Source of the DNA: an uncultured delta proteobacterium
Lineage (GTDB): Bacteria > Desulfobacterota > Binatia > UBA9968
DNA: 64,000 nt
Direction of reading: 5' to 3'
Assembly: GCA_963755715.1 (NCBI GenBank)
Contig: CAVWLW010000044.1
Coordinates: 1-64,000 of the forward strand
In this document: positions 40,566-50,990 of the stretch, one piece after another
How the letters are laid out: the number at the start of each line of letters is the position of its first letter
Numbering within the stretch: the first letter of the stretch is position 1
Program-made: the position numbers and the translations under genes
The notes under the pieces: generated by a model
Database searches by the model: none
What the model was told of the DNA's origin: nothing
Seen by the model: the letters and a program-made list of their open reading frames with translations, nothing else

Positions 40566-41627
40566 ATGGCCGAGACAAATCCCAACTATTCTACGCCGAG
40601 CTCCGTTCGTTCGGTAACATCGTATCCCGCTCGCCGCGGCTTCAAGCAGGGGCCTGTCGATCCCTCGCTCGATCACGTGATCGGCGTCGAGGACGCGATC
40701 GACATTCATTGCCACGCGCACGAGGGGCAGCAAGACGCTCTCGGGGTCGCCAAGCTCGCCTCGAAGAGCGGCATGAAAGGCATACTCTACAAAACCATCG
40801 TCGGGCGAAAGGATCCCGCAGGGACGGTTGGCGGCGTGCGCAGCGCGTTGGAATCCTGGTGCGCGGAGCAGGGTTTGACACCGACACACCTCTGGCCCGG
40901 CGCCTCGGTCACGCAAGGTTTTCTCTCGAAGATCGAGCCCGCCTGGTGCGCCAAGAACTTGAAAGCCGGCGTCGTCGGTCTGTGGATGCCCAACAACACT
41001 TCAGCCAACACGCTGTCCATCGTCGGCGGCAAACCGAGCGCTTGGGACAAGAATGCCGATCCGAAAGCGCATACCGAGCCGCTGTCTTGGGCCGACTCGC
41101 TCAGGTACGGCCATTACCTGCTCGACGACAAAGGCCGGCTATTACCGGAGATCGAAGAAATTTTCCGCATGGCTCACGACCAAAACGCGGCGATATTTTT
41201 CGGCCATCCGACCAAGCCGGAGTTCAAAGCGATGGCGGAGTTCAGCCACAAGATCGGTTTCAAAAGAGGCGTGGTCGACCATCCCTTTAGCCCTTTCGTC
41301 AATTTGACGATCGAGGAAATGAAAGACGCGGCGGCCGCCGATCTCTGGCTCAATTTCACCTTCGACGAATTGTCGCCGCTCCTCGGCATCGACCCGGCGA
41401 ATATGTACAAAGCCATTCGCACGGTCGGCCCCACGCACTGCACGCTGTCATCGGACGCGGGCGAACCGCTGTTTCCGAACTCAGTCGAGTCGCTTCGTCT
41501 GCTACGCGGCTACATGTCGGCTTTCGGCTGCACCGAGGAAGAGATCTACACGATGTCCACCGCCAACCCGGCATTCATCGTCGGCCTCAGCCTGGAAACA
41601 AAGCAACGGGCAAGCGCAGCGCACTAG
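40566..41627 (+). CDS. Amidohydrolase-fold protein (DUF6282-like)
   Basis: AIDIHCH, FGH, VDHP, LSSDAG, NPA. Confidence 0.7.
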   Translation: MAETNPNYSTPSSVRSVTSYPARRGFKQGPVDPSLDHVIGVEDAIDIHCHAHEGQQDALGVAKLASKSGMKGILYKTIVGRKDPAGTVGGVRSALESWCAEQGLTPTHLWPGASVTQGFLSKIEPAWCAKNLKAGVVGLWMPNNTSANTLSIVGGKPSAWDKNADPKAHTEPLSWADSLRYGHYLLDDKGRLLPEIEEIFRMAHDQNAAIFFGHPTKPEFKAMAEFSHKIGFKRGVVDHPFSPFVNLTIEEMKDAAAADLWLNFTFDELSPLLGIDPANMYKAIRTVGPTHCTLSSDAGEPLFPNSVESLRLLRGYMSAFGCTEEEIYTMSTANPAFIVGLSLETKQRASAAH

Positions 41628-41640
41628 CGGACAGGCACAG

Positions 41641-41742
41641 AGCGTTCAAATAGTTCAAGACGTTCCCGATCGAATAAGTCGGAACGGTTCCAGTCATTCC
41701 CATCGTTCCGGTAGATGATGCCGGCCTGCCGTTCAAGTTCAA
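41641..41742. repeat. Degenerate ~9-nt tandem repeats (GTTCAA/GTTCCA core)
   Basis: cgttcaaat-agttcaaga-cgttcc...ggttccagt-cattccca-tcgttcc...gttcaagttcaa; similar tract at ~37563-37620. Confidence 0.45.
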
Positions 41743-41820
41743 AAAGAGCGGCCGGCCGGTTTTTACATTTGCGGCTTTGCGCAAAGGACCACATCGCGTG
41801 TCACGGTGAATTTTTCTGAG

Positions 41821-44298
41821 TTATCGATCCCTTTCCACCTGATCCCGCTCGCGCTGCTCCCGTTTCTGCCTTAGTAAGTCCAGCAGTCGCTCTTTCTCGC
41901 GTTGTCTTTCCAGACTCCTTTGCTCCACCGAATCATCCAAGCGATTTCTTTCCGGTGGTGTCTCTTCGACCCGCGGCGCTGCGCGCGGCAGATCGCGGCG
42001 CTGCGACGGCCTCGCTGTTTCTCCGAACAGGCCCTTTAATATGTCGCCGACCCAGTCTTTGGCCGTATCCAAATACGGATCTAAAATCGAATCGCGCGGT
42101 CGTGGGTATGGGAAGTGCGCGGTCGCGTCGATCAAGCGCGCGGCGAAAACGTGCTGAAAGAAATCTCCAACCAAGAGCACGGCGTTGTGACCGCCCTCGC
42201 CCCAATAATTGCTGCGCATGGTGATGCGCGAGTCGTTGAAACCGACCCACGATCCGGCGACGAGTTGCGGATGCATCAAAATAAACCAGCCGTCGGTATT
42301 TTTTTGCGTGGTGCCGGTCTTCCCAGCGACGTCGGCGCGCAGGCCGAAGCGCGCTCGCACCTCTTGCCCGGTGCCGAGATCGACGGCGTCGCGCAACATG
42401 TTGATCAGATCGCCGACGGTCTTGTCGGACAGAACGGGCCGACCTTCGGTTTTGAATTCGTCGAGCACGGTGCCATTTTTGTCGGTGATGCGGGTGATAA
42501 AAATCGGCTGACGGTATTGGCCACGGGAGGCGAGAGTACTGTAAGCGGAGACCATCTCCAACGGCGTTACCGGACTACTGCCGAGAGCTAAGGCCGGAAC
42601 TTCGTCGAGCTTGCTCTGGTTGACGCCCATGCGCCGCGCGAGTTCCGCGGTTTTTCTCGGACCGACCTCTTGCATGACCTGCGCGGTGATGGTGTTTTTC
42701 GAATAGATGAGACCCTCGCGCGCGGTCATCGAACGGCCGGTCGGTTCTGAGACATCGGTGGGGCGCCACACGGCGCCGTTCGGCAAAGAAATTTCCACGG
42801 CTTGGTCGACGAAGCGTTTGTCGGCTGACATCCCCTGCTCGAGCGCGGCGCCGTAAACAAACGGCTTAAACGTCGAACCCGGTTGCCGCTGCGCTTGCAC
42901 CACGTGATCGAACTGGTCGGTTTTGAAGTCGCGGCTGCCGACCCACGCTTTGACGTAGCCGGTGGCTGGATCGATGGCGACGAAGCCCGCCTGCAACCGG
43001 GTCTTTTCGGCGCGCAGTTTTGCCATAAATTCTTTATCGCTCTTGAGCTGCGCCAGGGCATCGTTCGGCGCGGTGCCGCGAGCGACCGCGCTGCGGTAGG
43101 TGGCGGACTCTTGAATAAAACTGTCGATCAAGCCGGGCTTAGTTTTCCAAAAATAGGCGAAAGGTTGCACACGGCGGCGCAGTTGTAGGTAACCGTTCGC
43201 CTCCGACGAGAGCACTCCGCCGGAGCTCATTCCCCACTCCACATCGGCTACCGCCTGCAAGGCTTCCATCCGGCGGTGGACTGCTTGGTTGGCTACTGCC
43301 TGCAAACGCGAGTCGATGGTGGTGTAGACGATCAATCCGTCGGAATAAATGTCATGATCGTAACGGTCCGCCCAGTCGATCAGCCATTTGCGAATTTGGA
43401 TGGTCAAATGAGGCGCGGGACCGAGAGCGTCCGGCTGGCGTTCGAAATCGAGACGTATCGGCCTGGGTTTTAACTGATCGAAATCGCTCTGGCTCAACAC
43501 GCCGCGCTTGACCATTTGCGCCAGCACGACGTTGCGGCGCTTAAGCGCGCGCTCGGGATTGAGCACCGGGTTGTAATAGCTGGTGCCTTTGAGCATAGCA
43601 ATCAGCGTGGCGCTTTCGAGGACGTCGAGTTTTTGTGCCTGCTTATCGAAGTAAGTGCGCGCCGCCATTTCAATGCCGAACGCGTTGTATAAAAACGGAA
43701 TCGTGTTGAGGTATGTTTCCAGGATTTCATTTTTGCTGTAGGCGTATTCGATTTTGAGCGCCGTGATCATCTCCTTGAATTTTCGCGTGAGCGTGCGCTT
43801 TCGGCCGATTTCTTCGGGATAAAGATTGCGCGCGAGTTGCTGGGTCAACGTCGAACCGCCCTCCGGATCGCCGGTCAAGATGCCCAAGAGGCCGGCTGCG
43901 CTGCGCAGCACATCGATGCCGTGGTGATCGTAGAAGCGATGATCCTCCGTGGCGAGCAGAGCATTGATCACCTGCGGCGAGATCCGATTTAACCGGACCC
44001 ACTCGCGGTTCATCGGCTTCAGCGTGGCGAGGCGCTTGCCATCGGAAGAGATCAACACCGTGGGCTGATCGATTTTGGCTTTTCGTATATTGGCAATACT
44101 CGGCGTGAAGGGTATCAAAATGATCGCGTACGCGAACAACAGCGCGAAACCGAGCGCGCCTAACACGGCCAATCCCTTGGCACCGGAAACAAGCCGGTCC
44201 CGCCCGCTCAACGCAGAATCGAATACAGCCGCGAAGTAGCCGGCGGCGCGCCGATATAAGCGTCTGATCCGTTCGGGAGGCCTTACGCTTTCAGCCAC
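41821..44298 (-). CDS. Class A penicillin-binding protein (PBP1A family)
   Basis: Transglycosylase EDHRFYDHHG and GGSTLTQQL; transpeptidase STFK, SKN, KTG. Confidence 0.93.
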   Translation of the reverse strand: MAESVRPPERIRRLYRRAAGYFAAVFDSALSGRDRLVSGAKGLAVLGALGFALLFAYAIILIPFTPSIANIRKAKIDQPTVLISSDGKRLATLKPMNREWVRLNRISPQVINALLATEDHRFYDHHGIDVLRSAAGLLGILTGDPEGGSTLTQQLARNLYPEEIGRKRTLTRKFKEMITALKIEYAYSKNEILETYLNTIPFLYNAFGIEMAARTYFDKQAQKLDVLESATLIAMLKGTSYYNPVLNPERALKRRNVVLAQMVKRGVLSQSDFDQLKPRPIRLDFERQPDALGPAPHLTIQIRKWLIDWADRYDHDIYSDGLIVYTTIDSRLQAVANQAVHRRMEALQAVADVEWGMSSGGVLSSEANGYLQLRRRVQPFAYFWKTKPGLIDSFIQESATYRSAVARGTAPNDALAQLKSDKEFMAKLRAEKTRLQAGFVAIDPATGYVKAWVGSRDFKTDQFDHVVQAQRQPGSTFKPFVYGAALEQGMSADKRFVDQAVEISLPNGAVWRPTDVSEPTGRSMTAREGLIYSKNTITAQVMQEVGPRKTAELARRMGVNQSKLDEVPALALGSSPVTPLEMVSAYSTLASRGQYRQPIFITRITDKNGTVLDEFKTEGRPVLSDKTVGDLINMLRDAVDLGTGQEVRARFGLRADVAGKTGTTQKNTDGWFILMHPQLVAGSWVGFNDSRITMRSNYWGEGGHNAVLLVGDFFQHVFAARLIDATAHFPYPRPRDSILDPYLDTAKDWVGDILKGLFGETARPSQRRDLPRAAPRVEETPPERNRLDDSVEQRSLERQREKERLLDLLRQKREQRERDQVERDR

Positions 44299-44655
44299 GG
44301 CGATCCTCTAGTTTTTTAGCAACGCCGAAGCGGTGTCGAGAAGCGGATAGATTATCGGCGCGGCGCTCGAGACGGAGCCAATGCCGTTTCTCGTGCCGCC
44401 CTGCCGTATGCCGCCGCCCGATAACGGCGTCTTCTCTTTCGGGTATCTCGACTCTCACAACCTTTCTAGAAAAGCACGCGGAGAGCTTGCTCGCAACAAA
44501 TGAATGAGACTTGGGAGATTCCAGAGGTTCAAACCGTCGAATCAACGCAGCGGAACCACGCAATCAACGGGAGTGAAAGTTGTCGAACGGCACGTGTGAG
44601 TGAATAGAGGGGACGCTGAGAAGGGATACCTTGAACTCGTTATTGCTTTCGAAAG

Positions 44656-45637
44656 CTATTTGCCTGCCAAAACTTCTTCAAGCAAAGAATGATCGATCAT
44701 CTGCGCAGCGAGTAACGGTTTGGTGATTTTTTGAGTTTGGCGCGCGAGATCGATGAGGAATTGCACGCCGGCGGCATTGACACGGCCGTCCTCGCTCATG
44801 AGACTGACGATCTGTTCGTAGCCTTTGGCGGCGCTGTCCGGGTCCATGCCTAGTTCTCTGAACAATGGTTGCAATCGAGTCGCCGCGGTTTTCGCGCATA
44901 AACTTCATGGCGCGCAGATTTCCTCGGAGCATTTTCTTGATTTGCTGCGGCTGTTTGACTATCCGATCGCTGCGAACGGCCAAACCGCTGGTCGGTACTT
45001 GAAGATAGTCGGCGGCGGCCGCGATTTTTCGAAAACCGTCGCGTTCGGCGCGAAAGTTGTGCGGCGCGCCCAGCACCGTTGCCGCGACCGTCCCGGACTT
45101 GAGCGCTGCGTACCGCTCCGGTGTCCCGCCGAGGTTGATGAGCACGACGTCGCGGTCTGGATCCAGACCGTTCTGTAAAAGGATCTGGCGTAACAGTGCA
45201 TCCACCAAACCGCCCGGGTTGAGCGAGCCGATCGTCTGGCCTTTGAGATCTTTCACCTGGCGATATTTGTTCTGAGCCACCAGCACATGTTCCGCCCGGC
45301 CGACCACTCCTTGGATCAATCGTACCGGTATGCCGGCCACAAACGCGCTGATGGCACTGCCGCTCGCCATTGCATAGTCCACATCGCCGGTCACTAGAGC
45401 CTTGATGTCGATGGCTCCTCGCACGTAGATGAGATTGGCCTCGATCCCTTCGGCGAGGAAAAAGCCTTTTTGCCGCGCAATTTCAGGAACCAGGAAACTT
45501 GTGAGCGTTCGGCTCGGATAGCTGACCACAACCTTTTCAGCGGCGAGCACGGGCACATGGAAGAACCCTACACTTGTTAGCCAGGCGACGGACAGAACTA
45601 ACCAGCCGCATTGGCCGATTAACATGTTCACTTTCAT
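44656..45637 (-). CDS. NMT1/SsuA-type substrate-binding protein; frameshift at ~44865
   Basis: IARQKGFFLAEGIE, DLKGQTIG, ERYAALKSG. Confidence 0.82.
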
Positions 45638-45816
45638 GGACGGATTCTCTATCCCATGATCCAGCGCTGTCAAGGCGGAATTTTTACGGTTCCTTGTGTT
45701 TGCTCTCAGGGTCTTGCATGCAAAGTGAAAATCGTGAAAGCGTTTGAAACAGACCGACCGCGGTAAGCGAACCGCCGAATTCCGAGCGGGTCGGCAATCA
45801 TGACACGGAGGGAACG

Positions 45817-46875
45817 ATGGGAGCGATTGACGCTGACGCGCATGTGATCGAGACGATGCAAACTTGGAGTTATCTCGACGACGAGGAACGGCGCTTTACG
45901 CCGCAACTGATGACCCAGAGCTTCGGCGCGGAGCTGCGCAGCAATGAAGGCATCCCCGTGCGCGACTTCTGGGTGATCGAAGGGCGTGCGCACGGCAAAG
46001 ACCGTAACGTCGGCACCAACACCTCGCAGGAGTCGCGCGAGATGCTGAGCGTCGAATCTCGCCTAGCGCACATGGACGAGCTCGGCATCGAGACCCAAGT
46101 GCTTTACCCGACGCTCTTTCTCCGGCCGGTGGTCGAGCAAGCCGAGCGCGAGCGCGCTCTGTGCAAATCCTATAACCGCTGGATGGGCGATCTTTGGCAG
46201 CGCGGCAAGGGCCGGCTGCGTTGGGTGGCGAAGCCACCGCTGCGGCTTCTGGAAAAAACTCCGGCAGCGGTGCGGGATGAGCTCGAATGGTCCAAGAACC
46301 ACGGCGCCTGCGGCGTCTTTATGCGCGGTCTGGAGTGCGAGCGCGCGCTCGGCTCTCCCTATTTTTATTCGCTTTGGGAAATGTCGGGAGAGCTCGATCT
46401 GCCCGTCTGCATCCATTCCGCCAACGGCAGCTTCCTCCACCACGACTTCTTCGCTGAGGACACGACGTTTACCAAGTTCAAACTCACTGTGGTCGGCGCG
46501 TGTCACACGCTGATCGAAAAAGAGTTGCCGAAACAGTTTCCAAAGGTCCGTTGGGGCTTCGTGGAAGTCAGCGCGCAATGGGTGCCTTATGTTCTGAACG
46601 ATCTGGCCGACCGCTACCGCCGCCAAGGCAAATCGTTTCGCGCCGACGCGCTCGCCGCTAACAACATGTGGGTGGCCTGCGAGAACACGGATGATCTCCC
46701 CTACGTCTTGAGCTACGCAGGGGAAAATAGTTTGATGATCGGCACCGACTACGGTCACCACGATCCATCATCCGAGCTCAATGCGATTCGCCTGCTGCGC
46801 AAGGATCGTCGGATCGGTCCCGAGACGATCGAAAAAATTCTTGAGATCAAATCCGCGAAAGTTTTACGGCATTGA
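45817..46875 (+). CDS. Amidohydrolase_2 family protein (last codons probably frameshifted)
   Basis: AIDADAH, SYNRW, CIH, GFVE, IGTDYGH; removing one A gives the typical NPRKFYG ending. Confidence 0.87.
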   Translation: MGAIDADAHVIETMQTWSYLDDEERRFTPQLMTQSFGAELRSNEGIPVRDFWVIEGRAHGKDRNVGTNTSQESREMLSVESRLAHMDELGIETQVLYPTLFLRPVVEQAERERALCKSYNRWMGDLWQRGKGRLRWVAKPPLRLLEKTPAAVRDELEWSKNHGACGVFMRGLECERALGSPYFYSLWEMSGELDLPVCIHSANGSFLHHDFFAEDTTFTKFKLTVVGACHTLIEKELPKQFPKVRWGFVEVSAQWVPYVLNDLADRYRRQGKSFRADALAANNMWVACENTDDLPYVLSYAGENSLMIGTDYGHHDPSSELNAIRLLRKDRRIGPETIEKILEIKSAKVLRH

Positions 46876-47053
46876 CTGAATTTTAACCAAGACCGTATGG
46901 TTCTTGTCCTTCGTTCTCAGTATCCTGGTTTGCAGCACCAATGGGGCACTGATCTGCGGCGCGCGGCAGGGCGCCCCGACTTGAAGCGGGTGATCGCCGA
47001 ATTTCGTCCGCGGCCTTTGATTTCCTCTCGATTCACGATATATCCCGCGTGAT

Positions 47054-48070
47054 ATGCAATTTGGGATTTTCGACCACCTAGACCGCAATAAATTACCCCT
47101 GAAGGATTATTACGAGGCGAGACTCCAACTGATCGAGACGTATGATCGTGAAGGGTTTTACGCTTACCACGTCGCTGAGCACCACTCGACGCCGCTCGGT
47201 ATGGCGCCTTCGCCCAGCGTTTTTCTCTCCGCGGTGGCGCAGCGCACCAAGCGCCTGCGCTTCGGCCCGCTGGTTTACGCCCTGCCGCTTTATCATCCGA
47301 TCCGCTTGATCGAAGAGATATGCATGCTCGATCAGATGAGCGGCGGTCGCCTCGACATCGGCTTCGGCCGCGGCGCATCGCAGATCGAAGCGGCGATCTA
47401 CGGCAACGATCCCGCCAAGGCGGAAGCCATGTACGTCGAGGGCCTCGAGCTGATCATGCGCGGTTTGACGCATAAGACGCTCGACTTTCACGGCGAGTGT
47501 TTTTCGTTCGATGACGTGCCGATGGAATTGGAGCCGTTGCAAAAACCCCATCCGCCGGTCTGGTACGGCGTGCACTCGGCGGTGAGCGCGGAGCGCGCGG
47601 CGCGCCAAGGACTGAATATCGTGAGCCTCGACCCCGCCGACAAGACGCGCGAATTCACCGATCGCTTTCGCGAAGTCTGGCGCGAAACGCAGGCGAAAAA
47701 TCGTATCGCGCCGCTGGTCGGTCTCGGTCGTTTCATCTTCGTCGCGGAGACGGACGAGGAGGCGCTCACGATCGGCCGCAGGGCCTATCCCGTTTGGCAT
47801 CGGAGCTTCAACTATCTTTTCTACCACCGCGGCGGCAAGGGACCGGTGCATCAACGGCCGGCGGAGTTGGACGGGCTCATCAAAGTCGGCCAGGGTATCG
47901 CGGGCAGTCCGGCGACCGTTACCGCCTTTTTGCAAGATCAAATGGCTCAAGCGGGCTGCAATTATTTGGTCGGACAATTCGCTTTCGGCGATCTGTCGCC
48001 GAGCGAGACTAAACGCTCATTGGAATTATTTACCCAACACGTCATGCCGCAACTGAAGGTAAACGGTTAG
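47054..48070 (+). CDS. LLM-class flavin-dependent oxidoreductase
   Basis: AEHH, LDQMSGGRLDIGFGRG, PLQKPHPP. Confidence 0.9.
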   Translation: MQFGIFDHLDRNKLPLKDYYEARLQLIETYDREGFYAYHVAEHHSTPLGMAPSPSVFLSAVAQRTKRLRFGPLVYALPLYHPIRLIEEICMLDQMSGGRLDIGFGRGASQIEAAIYGNDPAKAEAMYVEGLELIMRGLTHKTLDFHGECFSFDDVPMELEPLQKPHPPVWYGVHSAVSAERAARQGLNIVSLDPADKTREFTDRFREVWRETQAKNRIAPLVGLGRFIFVAETDEEALTIGRRAYPVWHRSFNYLFYHRGGKGPVHQRPAELDGLIKVGQGIAGSPATVTAFLQDQMAQAGCNYLVGQFAFGDLSPSETKRSLELFTQHVMPQLKVNG

Positions 48071-48083
48071 GAGGAATCGACTC

Positions 48084-48914
48084 ATGGAAAAAATCGGCTT
48101 TGTCGGCACCGGAGCGATGGGCAGCGCGCTCTTGTCGCGATTGAAATTGGCCAACGTCGTCGCTACCGCCTTTGATATCGCGCCCGCTGCTTTGGACGCG
48201 GCGCGCGCGGAAGGCGCTGAAACCGCATCGTCTGCGAAAGCCGTTGCGCAATCCTGCACGCTCATCGACGTGGTCGTACGCACCGATCAGGAAGTCCTGG
48301 AATGCATGCTCGGCAACGATGGCGTCTTGGAAGGCGCGGCGCCCGGCTCGCTGGTCTTGTTGCACAGCACGATTCGGCCTGCGACGACGAAAAAAGTCGC
48401 CGAGCTGGCGGCGGATAAACGAGTCAACGTGATCGACGCCTGTATGACGGCGGTCCCAAGCGCTGTGCGCCAGGGCGGTTTAACTTTTCTCGTTGGCGGG
48501 CAAAAAGCGTTCTTCGAGCGCGCCAAGCCCCATCTATTGAAGATGGCCAAAGACGCCGTGCACATGGGTCCCCTCGGCTGCGGCAACGTGAGCAAGCTTT
48601 TCAAAAACATGGTCACCGCATCCGAAGCGCTGATCGTCTATGAAGCGTTGCAGATCGCCAAAGCCGGCGGCGTCAGCTACAAAGCCGCGCTCGACCTGAT
48701 GAAGAAAACCAAGTCGCAGCATGTCCTCGACCGCTGGGAAACTCGCTACGATATCTCCGACGGCGAGTTGAAGTTCAATCCAGGCACCAACCTCTACGAC
48801 AAAGATTTGCCGCTAGCGGCCGACGTCGGCAAAGCTCTTGGCGCAGAGATTCCGGTCGTGGAAGCGTTGGCGAAACTGGGCGTCAAGCTAAACGGCGGGA
48901 AAATGAGTATCTAA
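48084..48914 (+). CDS. NAD(P)-dependent beta-hydroxyacid dehydrogenase
   Basis: IGFVGTGAMG, GNVSKLFKN, KDL. Confidence 0.88.
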   Translation: MEKIGFVGTGAMGSALLSRLKLANVVATAFDIAPAALDAARAEGAETASSAKAVAQSCTLIDVVVRTDQEVLECMLGNDGVLEGAAPGSLVLLHSTIRPATTKKVAELAADKRVNVIDACMTAVPSAVRQGGLTFLVGGQKAFFERAKPHLLKMAKDAVHMGPLGCGNVSKLFKNMVTASEALIVYEALQIAKAGGVSYKAALDLMKKTKSQHVLDRWETRYDISDGELKFNPGTNLYDKDLPLAADVGKALGAEIPVVEALAKLGVKLNGGKMSI

Positions 48915-48915
48915 G

Positions 48916-48988
48916 AAAGGCCGAAGGATAAAGGATAGGAGAAAAACTAACGGAAGGCTTATCCTTCCGCTTTTATCCTTCATCCTTT
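48916..48988. repeat. Heptamer tandem/inverted element
   Basis: aaggataaaggata...tatccttcatccttt with an inner cggaagg/ccttccg stem. Confidence 0.55.
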
Positions 48989-48993
48989 CTTCT

Positions 48994-49236
48994 ATGGTGC
49001 GAACGAAAACCTACCGCGGCCACCGCGTCGAGTTTGACTCGGAGGAAATTCGCACACGCGAATGGATCGCGAGAGCGACCATCGTCATCGCTGATGGCAA
49101 GAAGGAAAAGCGAATTCCCATTTTCGGACGGCGCCGAGGCACCTTCGAGACCCAGAGACAAGCCGATGCCTACGCGCTCGAACTGGCAAAACTGTGGATC
49201 GACGGCCGCGTCTGGGGCACCAATGGACACGGTTGA
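48994..49236 (+). CDS. Small hypothetical protein
   Basis: TYRGHRV...FETQRQADAYALELAKLWIDG, a pattern typical of small beta/alpha DUF proteins; fits between co-oriented genes. Confidence 0.6.
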   Translation: MVRTKTYRGHRVEFDSEEIRTREWIARATIVIADGKKEKRIPIFGRRRGTFETQRQADAYALELAKLWIDGRVWGTNGHG

Positions 49237-49256
49237 CCTGAATTGAAAGGAGACAT

Positions 49257-49676
49257 ATGGAAATCGTCGACGCACAAAAATTTCTCCAGCAAAACCACCG
49301 CGCCTGCATCGCCGTGCGGCAGAAAGACGGCTGGCCGCAAATGACTTTTGTCAGCCCGGGGATCGATCCCCAGGGACGCGTGATCATCACATCGCGCGGC
49401 ACGACCTATAAGATTAAACACCTGCGCCGGGAGCCGCGGGTGTCGATGTTGATCTTCGGCGAGCAATACAGCGGCTCGAAGTTCGTGCAGATCCACGGCA
49501 CCGCCGAGATCATCGAGCAGCCCGCCGCGATGGACATGTTAATCTATTGGTATAAGCAGGTGCGCGGTGAGCACAAGAACTGGGAGGAATACAAAAAGCG
49601 GATGGCCGACGAAAAGCGCGTGATCATCCGAGTCAACATCGAGAAGGTCGGCCCGCAAACCGTAAATAGGATTTAG
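49257..49676 (+). CDS. PPOX-class (pyridoxamine 5'-phosphate oxidase-like) probable F420/flavin-dependent protein
   Basis: RQKDGWPQ, KIKHLRREPRVSM, VQIHGTA, EKRVII. Confidence 0.82.
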   Translation: MEIVDAQKFLQQNHRACIAVRQKDGWPQMTFVSPGIDPQGRVIITSRGTTYKIKHLRREPRVSMLIFGEQYSGSKFVQIHGTAEIIEQPAAMDMLIYWYKQVRGEHKNWEEYKKRMADEKRVIIRVNIEKVGPQTVNRI

Positions 49677-49700
49677 CTGCAAGATACGAAAATGGATGGT

Positions 49701-49780
49701 TTACCACGAAGGTCACGAAGAACACGAAGGTAAGAATCTAAAATGAAATTTCTTCGTGGCCTTCGTGCGCTTCGTGGTGA
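49701..49780. repeat. Inverted element of 3x CACGAAG units (9-nt period)
   Basis: (CACGAAG)x3...(CTTCGTG)x3 between convergent genes. Confidence 0.8.
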
Positions 49781-49787
49781 TTCTTCA

Positions 49788-50774
49788 TCAGGCCGCCGCA
49801 CGAAGCCGCTCGCGATCATGCGACAATTCGAGATGACTCATGTCGGGTCCGATCGGCACGATACCCGTCGGATTGACGTTGCGCTGGCCGTAGTAACCTG
49901 ATTTGGTTTTTTGCAAATCGAACGTCTCTCTGATCCCCGGCCACTGGTACAGCTCGCGCAAATAGTTTCGCAAATTCGGATAATCCTGCACACGGCGCAG
50001 GTTGCATTTGAAATGGCCGTGATAAACCGGATCGAAGCGCAGCAAGGTTGGGAAAGCGCGCCAGTCGGCTTCCGTGATGCGCTCGCCGACTAAATAGCGC
50101 CGCTCATTGAGCCACTGTTCCATTTGATCCAAGCAAACAAAAACTTTCTTCACTGCTTCGTCGTAGGCTTCCTGGCTGCGCGCAAAACCGGCCCGGTAAA
50201 CCCCGTTGTTGAAGTGGTTATAAACGAAATCGTTGATCCGATCGATTTCGCCGCGCAGCTCTTCCGGGTAGAAATCGTAGCTCACATTCGTATGCGCGCC
50301 AAAGCCGGAGTTGAACATACGAATGATTTCAGATGACTCGTTGTTCACGATCGTGCGCCGCTCGCGGTCCCAGAGCGTCGGTACGGTCACTTTGCCGGTG
50401 TAGTTGGCATCCGCGGCCGCGTAAACTTGATGCAGACGAAAGACGCCGTCTTTTTCCGGTTGAAAGTCGTCGATCGTCTCGGAATAAGCCCAACCCGCGG
50501 TTTTCGGCCTATCGGCCAGCGACATCGAAACCGCGTTTTCTAGTTTCTTAAGCTTGCGGAAGATGATCGTCCGATGAGCCCAAGGACAATTGTAAGAAAC
50601 GAAAAGATGGTAACGTCCCGGCTCGGCTTTGAAACCGCCGCTGCCGGAAGGACCGGCGTTGCCATCAGCCGTAACCCAGCTACGGAACTGCGAGTCGGCA
50701 CGCACAAATGCGCCGCGCACATCGGCCGTGATCCGGTCATCGTCCACCCATCTGCCGTTCATCATGTGGCCCAT
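49788..50774 (-). CDS. Glutathionyl-hydroquinone reductase (YqjG/GST Xi class)
   Basis: CPWAHR, TVPTLWD, NNESSEI, NNGVYRAGFA. Confidence 0.92.
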   Translation of the reverse strand: MGHMMNGRWVDDDRITADVRGAFVRADSQFRSWVTADGNAGPSGSGGFKAEPGRYHLFVSYNCPWAHRTIIFRKLKKLENAVSMSLADRPKTAGWAYSETIDDFQPEKDGVFRLHQVYAAADANYTGKVTVPTLWDRERRTIVNNESSEIIRMFNSGFGAHTNVSYDFYPEELRGEIDRINDFVYNHFNNGVYRAGFARSQEAYDEAVKKVFVCLDQMEQWLNERRYLVGERITEADWRAFPTLLRFDPVYHGHFKCNLRRVQDYPNLRNYLRELYQWPGIRETFDLQKTKSGYYGQRNVNPTGIVPIGPDMSHLELSHDRERLRAAA

Positions 50775-50839
50775 AGGATTTACTCCTTCCCGATGATTGA
50801 TTCCTATCAAAATCATCGCAGACGGAAAAGCCGGCTCTA

Positions 50840-50910
50840 ACCGCAGAGACGCAGAGCACGCGGAGATAGAAGTCGGAATTGTACCTCTGCGTCCTCCGCG
50901 CCTCCGCGGT
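50840..50910. repeat. Inverted element of 3x CGCRGAG units
   Basis: accgcagag-acgcagag-cacgcggag...ctctgcgt-cctccgcg-cctccgcggt. Confidence 0.8.
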
Positions 50911-50990
50911 AAAGAATTCCGACCCGCGTTGACACCGGAATAGACGTTCTGCGATAAGCTGAGACATCATAGTCGCCAGCAGGAGCTGAA

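Noticed and set aside
44291-44563. 90-aa ORF upstream of PBP1A
   Set aside because: No RBS or recognisable motif, and atypical composition
41641-50910. Short repeat tracts as CRISPR arrays
   Set aside because: Units are 7-9 nt without unique spacers, and there are no cas genes
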